From Prorocentrum cordatum (taxonomy: Eukaryota): a stretch of 64,000 bases of DNA. A model generated the notes under the pieces. The model worked only from the letters and a program-made list of their open reading frames with translations, made no database searches and had not been told where the DNA came from. The stretch lies in assembly GCA_963575745.1 (NCBI GenBank), contig CAUYUJ010000240.1:1-64000 (forward strand), read 5' to 3'. A program made the translations under genes and the position numbers. Positions 10,670-23,140 of the stretch are shown here, piece by piece (within the stretch, counting starts at the first letter, position 1; each line of letters begins with the position of its first letter).

Positions 10670-13600
10670 TCATACAAAGTCCGATCGCCGTATTCCATCG
10701 CTCCGGGGCACATGTCACTGCGTCCAAGGCACCGCGCGCTGGGGTGCTGAAAAGACCGAAAATCACTATAGCGTAATAAGTCTGCCACGTATGGAACACA
10801 CCACTCCATCCATTGCTGGAAACCAGACCCAGAAAGAGAAACGTACAGCGATGGCAACCACTGATCCGCCCATCGAGAAATAGCGTCCAGCAGCTGCAGG
10901 CGACGCAGGTGTCCTTGATCACCTTGCACCCCCTGGGGTACTTGACGCGTCGGCGGGTCCTGAGCGAACAGCGGGTCCTGCTCATGATGGTCACGACAAG
11001 ACGGTGGAAGCCACGATGCAATCGAGCGAGTAGAACAGTCGGGACACGATTCCTCAACCACTGATTCTGCCGAGCCAGGGTGAACAGCAAAGTACACCTG
11101 ATGATGAGGCCAGCCACGTATAAGCATGTGCTCGTCTGCACATTGCCTCAATGCTGTCAGCCGCGACGATTCGACCGTGCCCCATGATGTCGAGAGGTGA
11201 TGGTATAGCCGAGCCCTCCCCACCGACGAACTGTGCCACGCGGCATGGCACATGCTGGAGCCAAGAAAGCACCTCTCCTGCACAATCCCTTCAGGGGTAG
11301 CAAACCGCCTACAGAAAGCCCAGTATTGAAACACGCGGCTGGAAAACTCTGTACCCAAGAACATCCAGTCGTCGAAATCGCTGCGCGAGTTAGGCTCCAA
11401 GAAGAGCGAGGGGGCCCAGTTCCGCGCCCAAGAATCCAGCAGCACTGCAAATTGTGCCAATCGCCGAAGCATGATAGGACCGACTCCAGGCGGCGGCATG
11501 GCAGAAAACCTGACCTCGCCCATGGCATCAGGATAACGCACGCGACGCGGTAGGGCGTCGCGAAGGAAACGGCGCCCGACTGGCAACATATCGAGAATAT
11601 CATCCCACCGCGCATGCTCGACCGACGGAAATTCGAGACAGACGACAGGTAGAGGGCCGGCTTGCTCCGGAGGGCGGCGCGTGATCCTGACGCGCCCAGC
11701 AGAAGGAGGAGCCAGCGCACGTGTCCGCACTGCGCCTCTCAGCGCTTTGAGCAACTGTTCGGGAGGCACGTGGTGCAGCTGCCGAAGACCATGATATGCA
11801 ATAGTGGCTAGATGCATATTCAACAAATCCTCGTCGAAGCAGCCCCGGAGACCCCATCGATCAAGAACGTGTGCAGGTAAGTATCGTCGTCCGCCTGACT
11901 TTACCATGGCAAGACCCCATGCAAGTCCACGACATTCCCAATAGTGTGCCATGTCGTCGCGCTCGCCACTGCACCCAAAAAGGCACGGCTTGACATCAGA
12001 CGCGGACGTAATGCGTGACGAAGTTAACCAACCGCCACAAAACGCTCGAATAATGCTGGTGGCCCAGGCTACGGGGCATGCCGACATCTTCTTGCGCAGG
12101 GCGTCCCAATCCAGCTCGTTAATCTCGTTGCCGAGCTGCGGGTGCCATTAGTCCACCGCGTGGCGAAGGTGGTGACCAAAGGCGATGTGCAGGTAGACTG
12201 TGAGGGCTGATGTACGCCAATATACTCAGTTGATAAAGCCTGGTACGCAATCCGCTGGGCTCGCTTTTTGACTGAGTCATCCCCGACCATGGCAAGGCGA
12301 ACGGCAGCAGCACCCGATGACGCTGAGACCTTACAAGCATCCGACAGAAACTCGACGAAAGACGGCAATTGCAAGAAAGAAGGCGAGAGTCCGCCACAAA
12401 GATCAGCCAAGACGCGCTCAGTAATCCACCTCGATGATGCCCTTTTCAGATATGCCAGATAAGATGCATGCTCAGGATGCGTTGCAAGACCAGATCGAAT
12501 AAGCGCGGACTTCGCTGAGATGGCCAGGCTGCGAAGGCGAGGCCCGCCCCAAGCACCGAGCGCATGATAGTCAACTTGTCGCAGGGCTCCACCTGGGAAG
12601 CGCAGCAGCTTCACGAGCACATGTATGTCCTTTCAGCTTCTCGGGGAGCGGTAAGAATTGTGCCACATAGCCCATGATGGGCAAGCATCTCGTAGTGTAG
12701 TTGATGCCCTTCGAGCTCGCGGGCGCCGCAGAGGCGGCAAGGGCACTGACTCGAGTGCGGTATTTATCCCATGGCGTCGACCATGACTGAAGGAGCGATG
12801 CCGCAGGACCCACCCAAATCCCCAGGTACAGCAGAGTGGCCTCAACTTTGAATGTAGACCAGGCTGACAACTGTTGTTGCAAGAAGACAAGCACACGCTG
12901 CTGAAGCACAGCCGAGAGTGGACCTGCCAGTGGAACAATCACACACTTAGCTGGTTTGAGCTTCAAGCTGGCCAGTTTGGCTGCCACCGCCATCGCAAGC
13001 GAAAGGAATTTCAGATCGACCATATCGAATAGCACTCCCCCGATGTCATCAGCACACGCGCGAAAGACCCCCCGATGTCGAAATTCGATCCCCTGCCTGA
13101 TGTCTTCCAAAATCGGCGATGTAGCTGCCGCGAACGAGCTCCCAGATAAGGCGCAGCCCTGAGTGATGCCGCACCAGACTCGGAAGAGGACCTTTGTGAC
13201 GCCTGCAGCTCTGCCCAAGGCTGTGATAATCGCGTAGAGGGAGCGTATCGCCTGTAGTAGCGCTGTTGGAAGCCGAAGATGTTCAATAATGATGGAGAGG
13301 TAACTCTGGCTGAGGCTGGGGAACGCTTGCCCAAAATCCAAAGCCACGAGCAACGGCGCACGCTCCAGCGGGTCGGGCATCAGCGAGGCGGCTCTGGCTA
13401 CCACGTCGAGCTCCAGGATGTTTGAAGTGAGTTGTCAGCCCGAGATAAATCCACGCTGCGCTGCCGATGCAGAGCTCTGCGCGATCGGGGAGAAGGCGAC
13501 GTCGAAGGTGGCCGAGATAACTTTCATGTCCGTGTTGCGTAGCCCGAGCGTGCGCACCGTGTCAGGGGACATGTTGACACCTCTGGCATCATCGCCACCT

Positions 13601-15300
13601 GCTTGACAGCCTTTGGGAAGAAAAGCTTGAAGAGTGTCGCCGCACTGTGCGAATAAACGTTGCCCGTCCATCATCCGTACACATGGGAGCCAGGGGACCT
13701 TCGCGCCCGTCTCGTGGGCGGCCCAGGCGGCGCACGGCAGCCCGTCGACGCCGGGAGAGGATCGCGACGGCGCAAGTTTTACAAGCACACGCTGCAGCAT
13801 CTCAAGAGACGGAGGTACTGGCCCATCAAACGCACAAGGGTGCAAGAATCGTTCAGCATATCGCCTTGTGTGTGCAGGAAAAGCTTGGGGAGCGGCAGAT
13901 ATTGGTGCCCAATGGCGCGCGAGCGCGTCCAACTTCTCGAAGGGGTCGGTGTAGGCGACGCCGTCGACCTCGATGGAACGCAATGCTAGCTTCTTCGGGA
14001 ACGGAACCCAAAACCGAGCTTTCCGTTGCACCGCTGCAATCGCGCCAGCTGGTGGGCGCTGACGACCTTCCCCGTGAACCGCATCATGATGTAAGCGCTC
14101 CATTTCCAGCTCAGCCGACCGATGTTGAATAGTTTCCACCCAAGCCTGAAAAGCTGCATAATCCGTGATGGTGACCTGGGTGTCTTGTACCTGCAAGCAC
14201 GATCGCGCAACTTCAGAGGCATGGCATAACTTCTGAGCAAGAGTAGCATTCTCCCGCCAGGCGCGTCGAGCGGCTTGACGAACAAAGATCAATAAGGCTT
14301 CCAGGGAGTCGCTCTCGTTGACCAAGATACTCTGCGTTGTGTCGAACGCTGCTGCTTGAACCAAGTCCTTATATCGTAATAATTGCCTCGGTGGTGACAT
14401 GCCCAAGAAGAACTGACCATCGTTGTCGAGAAGCACGCCTAGGCGCCGCTGGAACTCAGGCCGTTTATAGATATGCGCAGGGACGGGCTTACGGTAGCAG
14501 CCGTCCAGATCTCGATGCCGAATATGAACACGAATCGCCGCGTGATCCGAAAGCTCCTTGGCGTGCATCTCTTCGTGCGTTGAGACGACCGACACGGAGT
14601 GCTGGATTTGGCACGACACCCAATTCGGTTCAGAAAGCCAGAGCCGATCGATCTGCGACATGGCCTTCGTGTCCTGGCAGTAGTGAGTCGGATCCTCAGA
14701 CGCTACCTCCAACATCCGATCGAAAACCGAAGACCAAAGCCTGGCGTGGGAGCGAGAGTCGTAACTTTGCGTGGCTTTGCTGCCGTCGGTTGCGCCAGGT
14801 GGAGCGCGTCGTGGGCCGCGAAGTTGAGGTCGCCACACACGACTACTCATCGAGAGCTGTGACTGAGAGAAGCCCAATCCATATCAGCCTGAACTTCTGC
14901 CGCCGAGAGCCCATGATTGTGCATATTGTAGCGGCGAATCTCAGCGCACGAGCCCACCAAGATTGAACGCAGGACTCTGCCCCTGATGAGAGGTGCGGAC
15001 GAAGAAGCACGTGAATAAGGCAAAGATAGCGCCCCGATAGTAGCCACACCACCTCGGCCACGACATGTCTCATCATCACCATCATGTACATATTCGAAAG
15101 AACCAAAGACAGTAGCTGATGGTGCGACTCTGCGCTTGTAAAGTTCCAGCTCGCCCTGGGTCTGGTGCACCTCTTGGATGGCGACGACGGATGACGAGAT
15201 GCCAATCAGGTCCAGGTAGGAGGCCTTGCACATCGAGCGTGCGCCACGAAATTGCAGCGACGCCCGAGCATTCCACGACGCAAACGTGAACTCCTGGCAA
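10522..15300 (-). pseudogene. LINE ORF2: APE endonuclease, reverse transcriptase, Cys/His Zn motif and ~430-aa unknown C-terminal extension; frameshifted
   Basis: APE motifs FASWNARA, VAIQEVH, GGVAT, GDLNF, SQIDRLW, LSDHAA. RT motifs SPGVDG, RTLGLRNTDMK, QRGFISG, LDFGQAFPSL, GITQGCALSG, ACADDIG, YLGIWVG. Zn motif CLFGC..DDMAHYWEC. Confidence 0.9.
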
Positions 15301-15351
15301 CGCGGCGGCAGGCCGCCGTCAACCTTGTGGTAGAAGATGTCATCGTACGTG

Positions 15352-16527
15352 CTAAATAGTCTGGCTCCGCGTTGGGCTTGAGGATGTGCCCGATCGGCTT
15401 GTTGATACCAGCGCGCGTCCAGCCTCGAGAGGCGAGCGCGGCATTGTGAAAGTAGCAGAGCGTGGGGTCGCGGCCAGGCTGAGGTTCGAGTCGTAGCACA
15501 GGGTTCCAGTTCTCAGATAGCCAGCCTTTTGCCGATCGAAGAAGAACTTGCACTGCGGGCGCACCTCGCGGAGCACGTTTGTGACCTTCTTGCCAGCGAT
15601 CTCGAGCTTGATTTGGCGCGGCGGCTTATCTGGCCCGGTGCGCAGCTGCGTGGACCCGCCAGAAGCAGCGGGCACGGGGAAACGCCCCCACTGACCCTTG
15701 CCGAGGCGGAGCGCTGCCAGGGCCTGGGAGACACGCTTGCAGGCGAGGCCGACGGCGCCTGTGAACTGAATGACGATGATGCGGTCCTGTTCATCTCCAT
15801 CAATCTTGAAGCCTTCGATCTTAGCGTCCTGGGGCCACTTCTCAAACGAGGAGACCACATCTTTCTTTCAGACCGTCGTGGGCGCGACGGCTTTGAGGAT
15901 GGTGCCGTCGATTTTCCGCTGGAAGCAAATGCCAGCGGGCTTGGGGGACTGCGGGGCGTTGTTGGCCATGGCAAGCTCCTTTCGCATTTCCTCCATAGAG
16001 CTCTGCATGTCGGCAAGCTGCCTGGCGAGGTTCTCGGCGCGAGCATCCACGTCGCCGATCTTGGCAGCCACGGTGTCCAACTGGCGCTGGATGCGCTGCT
16101 CGGGATCGTTGAGTTCCGATCGCAGTTGAGCTTCCATTTCGTTCTTGCAGTTCCCAGGGACGGCTTTGATCGCGTCCTCGAGCGCGCGGGCGGCAGCCGT
16201 AACTGGGCCCACAGCCTTGCCAGCAGCGTCGGTCGCGGAGGTAGACGCGATAGTGGCCAAGTCATCCTTGAGGGTCTTGAACTCCCGCGGGAGGCGCTTG
16301 CGGAGCTGCTCGGCAATGAGGCCGTTTACGCGGGCACCCCAGTCGTCATCGGCCACGTCGCATGCGAGATCTTCAGCCTCGGAGACGTCAGGGCTCGACC
16401 TCGAGCGATCATCGTCCACCCGACCGCCAGCAGAAGCATCGTCATCAGCACCACCCCGCACAGCTGCTGGCCGCTCCGTCGCATGAGGCTTCTTCTCGCG
16501 CTCGGGGGCGCCGCCATTCGGGGGCAT
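15352..16527 (-). pseudogene. LINE ORF1 (coiled-coil plus putative RNA-binding region)
   Basis: ORFs 15868-16527 and 15352-15858 share a frame and are split by one TGA (15868-15870). Heptad-rich segment LEDAIK...MEEMRKELAM. Confidence 0.75.
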
Positions 16528-16637
16528 GCGAGGGCCGCGCGCGCCAAGGGCAAAATGGCTGCACGCGTTGTTGGATCTGGCCGCGGATCAGCGGCGCCCC
16601 TGCTGCCTGGAGGCTGAACAGCCCCCCAGGTAGACAT

Positions 16638-16658
16638 CTCGAGCCAAAAGGCTACGGA
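16638..16658 (-). other. Dinoflagellate spliced-leader relic at the LINE 5' end
   Basis: Minus strand TCCGTAGCC-TTTTGGCTCGAG versus DinoSL DCCGTAGCCATTTTGGCTCAAG: one deletion and one substitution. Confidence 0.9.
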
Positions 16659-17457
16659 CGGAGGAGGAGAAGGAGGGGGGGGGGAGGAGGGCGACGAGGA
16701 GGAGGATGAGGAGGGCGAAACAGAGGGCGAGGGCGAAGACATTGACGAACAATGACGCCCTGCTCCTCTGTCGTTCGTGGGGCGCGTGCTCTGACCTCTG
16801 ACCTCGCATCTTGGCGCCCGAAATGTGCGCGGGGAGAATTGGCGCGAAACTCAAGGACAAATGTGGTCCAACAGCGACGGCGGCCGCTGTTGCGCAGGCC
16901 GCCCTCTATTTCAAATGGGCAAAATCCGCGGCGGCGCGAACAGCGAACCCTACGCATTCGAAATGCATCGTAACTGCTGTTGGGCACCGTGCCCATTCTT
17001 TCCGTGCGCATCTTTCGAGGAGGGGGTCGACTGCAGAATTTGCTTGCCCCCAAAATTGTATTTTTCTGCTTTCCGCCATCCGATCCCGCCGCTCCTCCTC
17101 CTCCTCCCCCCCCCCCTCCTCGTCCTCGTCCTCGTCCTCCTCCTCCTCCTCCTTCTCCTCCTCCCCCTCCTCCTCCTCCTGCAAATCCCACGCGCTTGAG
17201 TGCGTCCGAGTACTCGGTCTCCTTCGCTGATGACCGATTTCCCCCTGCAGCCTTTTCTGAACCTGCGCTCGCCCCCGGGGCGCTGGCTCTCTGAAAAAGC
17301 TTGATCAATATTGATCTGCGGGCGGAAGCACGCGCGCGGGCATGTGCGCGCACGGGGCAACAGGCAAATGCACTGAAATCCACATGCGCTACAACATCTC
17401 GTTGCCTGTTGCACGCCCCCTCTCCCTCTCACTCCTGGGCCCTCGACCACGCGGCGC

Positions 17458-20400
17458 CTAGGTCTCCGGTCCGCGGAGCTGCTTCTCAGCCTCCAGCGCG
17501 GGCATCTCCAGGCCAGACAGCTCCCTCATCATCCTCAGCAGGGCATCGCGCTGGCCCGCGTAGTTGGACATGTTCCCGATGACTGCGCACGCGGTGCACG
17601 CTAGAGCCTTCTGGTGGGCCGGGCCCTCCTCTGGGGGCGCCGGGCGTTCGAGCTTAATGAAGCCAGCCTCCTCCTCCTCCTTCTTCACGAAACTCACTGT
17701 CATTCCCTGACAGTCAGTTTCACGAGGAGGGAAACGCATGACTGGCCGTAGGTGCTCAACGCCGGAAGGCATCTCCATCTTACGCGTCGGTCCGCTCTCG
17801 ATCTTGTCGTAGTAGCCGCGCTCCGGTTCGATCATCTGGCTGACTATCGCGTCCTAGATGGCTGCTGGACACGACGCCTGAACGCAGCTCGAGCTGTTGT
17901 GGCATGACAGCGTCACCTTCATGTGTCGGTTCGGTCTCAGGCCACTGTCGATCACACCAGCTGGGACCTTGACCGTCATCTTGCGGGTCGTCGTTACACA
18001 GCTCACCAGCTCCCAGCTCCTGGCGGGCTGTCTCTGCATCGGCCAGGCTCTGCAAGAGGCTGCGTGCAGCACGAGGATCACCATTCGCAGTGAATCCAAC
18101 CACCAGGGCTGCCGAAACATTGGCAGCTGGCTGCGCCATATCAACGGATTCCACGGTGATGCCCCCCTCCGTTGCATAGCCGGTGTCGTCGCACTGATTG
18201 CGGAGCCACCCTGGGCCTTCTTGAGACTCTCGTTCTCCCTCTTGGCAAAGTCCGCGTGGGTCATCATCCTGAGATCCTTGAGAGGAACCGAGAAGCATCG
18301 AATCGTGAGATCCTTAGTTTGACGTGCACGGTGTACTATCAGGTTGGCATCTTTATCACCTTCACAGTCGGATGGGCAGTACCTGCTGATTCATGCTCAC
18401 CTGGTAAGATAGATCAGGCCTCGACTAATCTGCCAGCCACTTGCCAGCTTGGTTCATCGAGATCTGCGCAGACTTCTCCTTAGGCAGTGCCTTGCTCGAA
18501 TTTACGGCGTGACGTTTCAGCTGGACAGGTTCCATGGTTTCCGCATATGCTCTTTGTGACTGAACAATCGTAACCGAGCCGTCCGCATGCTGCTGTAACC
18601 AGGACCCCGTAAATTTTCCGGAACCGTGTCTCCATTTCCTCCAAGGGAACCGCTGTTTCAGTTTAGCGATAGCTGCATCCCGCCTGTCTTCTCGACCCCC
18701 CCCCCACCACCCCACCCACCCCCACCGCATCGTCCACATGTATCCCCATCACACCACAGAGAGCGCCTGGTGGTCCTTGAGAGGGCCCAGTCGGCGCGCA
18801 CCTAGGCGCTGTGGGCACTGCATGTCCGGCCAGAACGGGCTCGAACATCATGCACATACATGGGTCAAGAGGATGGGCTGCGAAGCCGATCTCCTCAGCG
18901 CAACGCGTAGAAGTCGAAAACCACCGTTGTGGCTGATCCGCGCCACCGCAGCCGTTCACAAGCTCATGCAGTTGGTCCGGATGATGTCCCTCTGGTGCAT
19001 GGTCCCTGGGGGCCGTCGCAAACGCTGGCCCGTTCGGTCGCTATTCCGGATGTGCTTCCAGGAAAGCCCCTCGGATGTCTCCCAGGACAAACGGGAAGCT
19101 AGCAGAGGCCACCAACTGAAAGACGGTCGCCTTTCCTGTCGCAGATCGCGTAGGGCTCTGCGTCTTGCCATCCCCGGCCATCTCAAGCGCGTCGGGATCC
19201 TTGAAACCTTGCAACGTTAGCCTACATCGCAACTCCGTGCCCCCCATCACCCTCGATCTTCCAAGTCAGCACGGGTCAAGACGGTAAGGCTCGATCTGGA
19301 ATATCAAGACGAATGGCGGCGATATTCCCCGACCGAGCGAGCATTCCAAGCCGTCTGATCGACGATGAGCTTCAGAAATTCCTTCTGGCGCGCCTCCTCC
19401 ATATGACGCTTCCCCTCCTCCGTCTGCCACCTGGGATCCCTCTCCCGTTCCTCCTTCCTTCCTCGAGCGAGATGAACCTCGGTCTCGGCCGCTGCCGGGA
19501 TCGGGGCCCCCTCATCTCCTTCACAAGTGACTGCTCCGCAGCCGCTGGGGTCGGAGAGACCGGGAGGTGCATCCAGGCGCGGCTGCTTGGAAGGCTGAGG
19601 CTCTATCGGCCCCTCAGCGCTGCGCACTAGCTCCTCCTTCATTGCGCCAGCCTTTGCCCCGAGGGGAACTCGTCGGGGCCCCGCCAGATGCTCCGGAGAC
19701 CCCGCCGGCGCATGGTAGGGATATGAAAATGGAAACCTCGCGGGAGCCGTCGCTGGAGTCGGATCGCTCGGTTGCGTCGGCGGCGTCGGCGGAGTCGAAT
19801 CGGCCGGCGTCGGAGCAGGCTGATTTTCCGACCCTGGCTCCGGAACCACCCATGCTGAATCGTCCACATCATATCTGGGGGGCCCTCTGGAGGCTCGGGG
19901 CCCTTTGCGATGTCGTCGAAATACTGCCCAACCAGACTGTCAAGATCATCTGTGGTCGTGCGTCGTTCGGCCTCCACGAGCCTCCACGCTGCCCCCCCCT
20001 CCTCGGTAGCCCCCCGCATCTTCCGGCGAAGCCTTTGCCCAACTCCCAGGAAGAGCAACCCGTTAGTTCCCTTGACAGGCCCCGTGCAGATACCTGGTCG
20101 CCATCTGCGCGAAGACTGCGCGCCTGCAACCGCTCCCTTCATCTTGCGCGACGCTGCGACCATATCGCCTGCCTGAAAAACTCGTTGCTCTCCCGGATGA
20201 CAGTCGAGAACAACCCTGGCAGCCTTCTTCTCATTGTGCGCAAAATCGCCCGACGAGCCATTGCACGGACGCTGACGACACTTGCCGCCGCTGAGTCGTG
20301 CAGCGCGCACCTGTTCGCCACGAGATCCGGGTTATCCTGAAGCAAATCCTTTGGCATCTCCAGATTTCTGCCAACAACCATCTGACATGGGGAAACTCCG

Positions 20401-23140
20401 TTCACACTCAGCGATGAGTTCTTTGCTTCCTGGAGCTGCGCGGCACATTCAAGCCATCCTTCCTCGCCCTGGGGATGAACCTCCTCGATCATAACCTGCA
20501 ACCTCTGTTCAAATAAATTCCCGTGCAACTCCACCATTCCATGATGTTAGTTTGCCGCCCCCGCTGTGTCAACCAAAATCGCTCCGTGATTAGCCATCGC
20601 ATCCTGAAACTCACCCGACAAATGTGCACTCGCAGCATCCACCTTCAGCCACTTCGGCCTCATGTATGGTCGGGTCCAACTGTCCCAGTAGGTGCGAAGC
20701 AGCACGATGGATGACTCCGTCTCTCCAAGTCGGAGTGGAGCAATCACATGCAGAGACGAGGCATCGCACGCAATGTTGGGACACTTCCGCCGCTCCCCTG
20801 GAAGGTAGCACGGGAGCTCTTGCGCGTCCATCGCCACTGATTTCAGGGGAGGCTGTAAAGTGGAATGGGCACTGTACCTCGCAATGCCTGGCTGTCGTCG
20901 TGATTCGCAATCGTCGCATTGGAAGCTCGTCGCCTGTCGTATCGCTTCGGGGCTCGCATTCGCATGCCGGAGATGTCGTAGCATCGTAGCCGTCGTCGCA
21001 TGGCCTAGATTCACATGGAGTCGTTGGAGCGAAGCCCCGGGGCTCTTCGGGCGCCGGGAGCGCACCTCATCACCGCCCCCTTCGTCGTCGTCAACGTCAA
21101 CGCCATGGGTCACACTGGCCTTCGAGAGCCCCGGAGGGGCATCCTCTTGACAAGCTTCACCGGGTAGATTTGGGCGGGGGAGCGACATGCCGATGCCTGG
21201 TAGTGGGCTACCACCCTCAGTCCGCACGTAGACATGACCGCCCTGGCACGGAATTGAAAGCTCGCTTGCCACCTCAGGCGACGACGATGTCACAAACTTT
21301 CAGCGCTTGCTCAGGAGAGCTCCTGGGATGGGGCGTCTGAAGCCCACGCGGCGCCCGCTCGTCGCGCCCGCGTGTGCCACCGGGTCTTCCAACAATCGTC
21401 GCATTGACCTCATGCTGTAGGTAGCCGCCGTCGGAGGCGCTTCAACAATGAAACGCCTGCTCCGAGAGAGCTGGTGCTCGGCCATCTGAACGCGCGCCCC
21501 GGAATAAGGTTTAGCTTCCAGAAGTTCCCGAAGGCGTCGTTTCAGACCTTTTCGTTTCTCATCCGAAGTCATGTTCCAGAAGACGGTTAGCTTTTCACAT
21601 GGAGGGCTCATGATGACGCAGAAGGGGTTATCCGTCCTGATTGGTCCCCGCTGTTCTTGCGCATCAGCTGGCGCGCGAGCGCCCCAGCCTGCGACCTTGT
21701 CGAACGAGCCGAGGTCGCTCATGCCATGCTGCGGCGCCAACGGACACACCCTCGGTGGTGAGAAGATCCCCATCGCGCCCGGCACCCGGCGCATCACGCC
21801 GACAATTTGGCAGCCCTGGCCCTCCCTGGCCTGAGGGCGCCGGCCCGGCCCTGCTGAAAAGACTGCTCCATGTCCTCGATCCTCGCCCTCGCGTCGCCCA
21901 CCGTCGCGCTGGGATCTGGACTCCGCTCAAACTCGCGCCCCAGCAAGTCCACCTCGCAGCGCGCACTACCCTCGGCTTCTCGCGCGGGAACCGACACTTG
22001 CAGCCGTCCAAGCCACAGGCGGTTCTCGCTAATGTCCAGGTTGGCCTGGGGCATCTTCATCGCCTGCTTGCTGATCAGCAGCCCGGCCATGCCCTCGATC
22101 GCGTAGACCAGGATCTCCACCCGCTTCGTCGCCCTCGGAATGAGCTATTGGATTCAGCGTGTCTTCTGTCCTCGACGAATCTTGCCGTCGTAACTCTTGA
22201 ACCTGACCGTCGGCTCGTTCTCTCCCCACTCTGGCTGCAGGCCCGTCACCTTCTCATATTCTGACAACGTGTCCGATCCAATCAGGGCCATGCGGCAGCC
22301 CGAGTCGAGAGCGCCACGGCCCGGCGCATGACACCTACACGCCTCGACGGTATCCTCTTCGTCCTCTGCCTCACCGATCGTCCGCGTCGACGTCCTGCTC
22401 TCCTGTGCATCGTTCATGCGCCAGCCTCCTGAACTTCTCATGGTTCGTCAGCTTCGCGATGAGGTTGGCCCGACCGTCCTTCGACCATGACGCCAGCAAC
22501 ACATCCACCTCGGGCCAAATCTCGTCGTCCTCGATCACGGACTGTGTGGTCAGCACCGGGGGCGCTGCTTCCTGTCGAACCGTTCTCTGTCCTTGCTGGT
22601 ACGGCTTCGTCGCGAACTTCTTTGAGCCATTGTGTTGGGGCTTTGTTCGCTTCGGGCAATCCCGACTGAAAAGGCCCATGTCCTTACGTGGAAAGCGTCG
22701 CACCCGATCCTTCAACTTCTTGAAGCTTGACGCATCACGGGTTGGTAATCCTCTCTGCTGCTTCTCTTCGGTCATCGCCGTCCTAGTCTCCTTCCACGTA
22801 TCCAACACATCGATCGCGTCCTCCTCATCTATCGGCTCCTCCTTTCCAGCAGCTCGTCGATCTTCGCCTCGACCTCTTCGTCCAGCGTGGCCAAGGCCTC
22901 TGCTGCTGGAGAGCTCGCCAATGTCGCGGACCTCTCATCCCACGCATTGACCTCATGCACCTGCGCAGTCGGCATCTGCTTCGGATAAGCTGTCTGGATC
23001 GCCGCCGACATTCCTGGAAAGCCCCAGTGACGCTGTCTCCCCGCCAGCACTACCGCCCGACGCTCCATGCCCATTCTTGCCCCCTTCAAGGGCAAGAGCC
23101 CATGTGTTGGGCACGTCTGAGGCTGAGGGGCCAGCGCTAG
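17458..23140 (-). mobile_element. Decayed Copia-like retrotransposon internal region: gag fragment, PR, MTase-like domain, IN, RT, RNase H; no LTRs found
   Basis: Degenerate Zn knuckle FSRDCP; protease GALDSGC; IN zinc finger LHVNLGH...CDDC and core WLKVD...GMVELHG; RT motifs RCRLTLQGFKDPD, GDIRGAFLEA, LDPCM, GIHVDD, SRPDLS; RNase H-like region ~17900-18270. Many stops and frameshifts. Confidence 0.85.
21190..21800 (-). pseudogene. C5-cytosine-methyltransferase-like domain between protease and integrase
   Basis: IFSPPRV (motif I-like), VIMSPPC (PC motif IV), FIVEAP (ENP/ENV-like motif VI), later CQGGH. Confidence 0.5.

Larger units (their letters stand above)
8650..16658 (-). mobile_element. 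Full-length APE-RT non-LTR retrotransposon (LINE) with SL-capped 5' end, TSD and long 3' extension; decayed
   Basis: ORF1 plus APE, RT and a C-terminal Zn motif. GACGGAGGAGGAGAAGGA occurs at both 8632-8649 and 16657-16674 (TSD of 16-18 bp; 2 nt overlap the SL). Confidence 0.88.

Noticed and set aside
15529..16617. 362-aa plus-strand ORF
   Set aside because: Antisense shadow of LINE ORF1 in GC-rich sequence.
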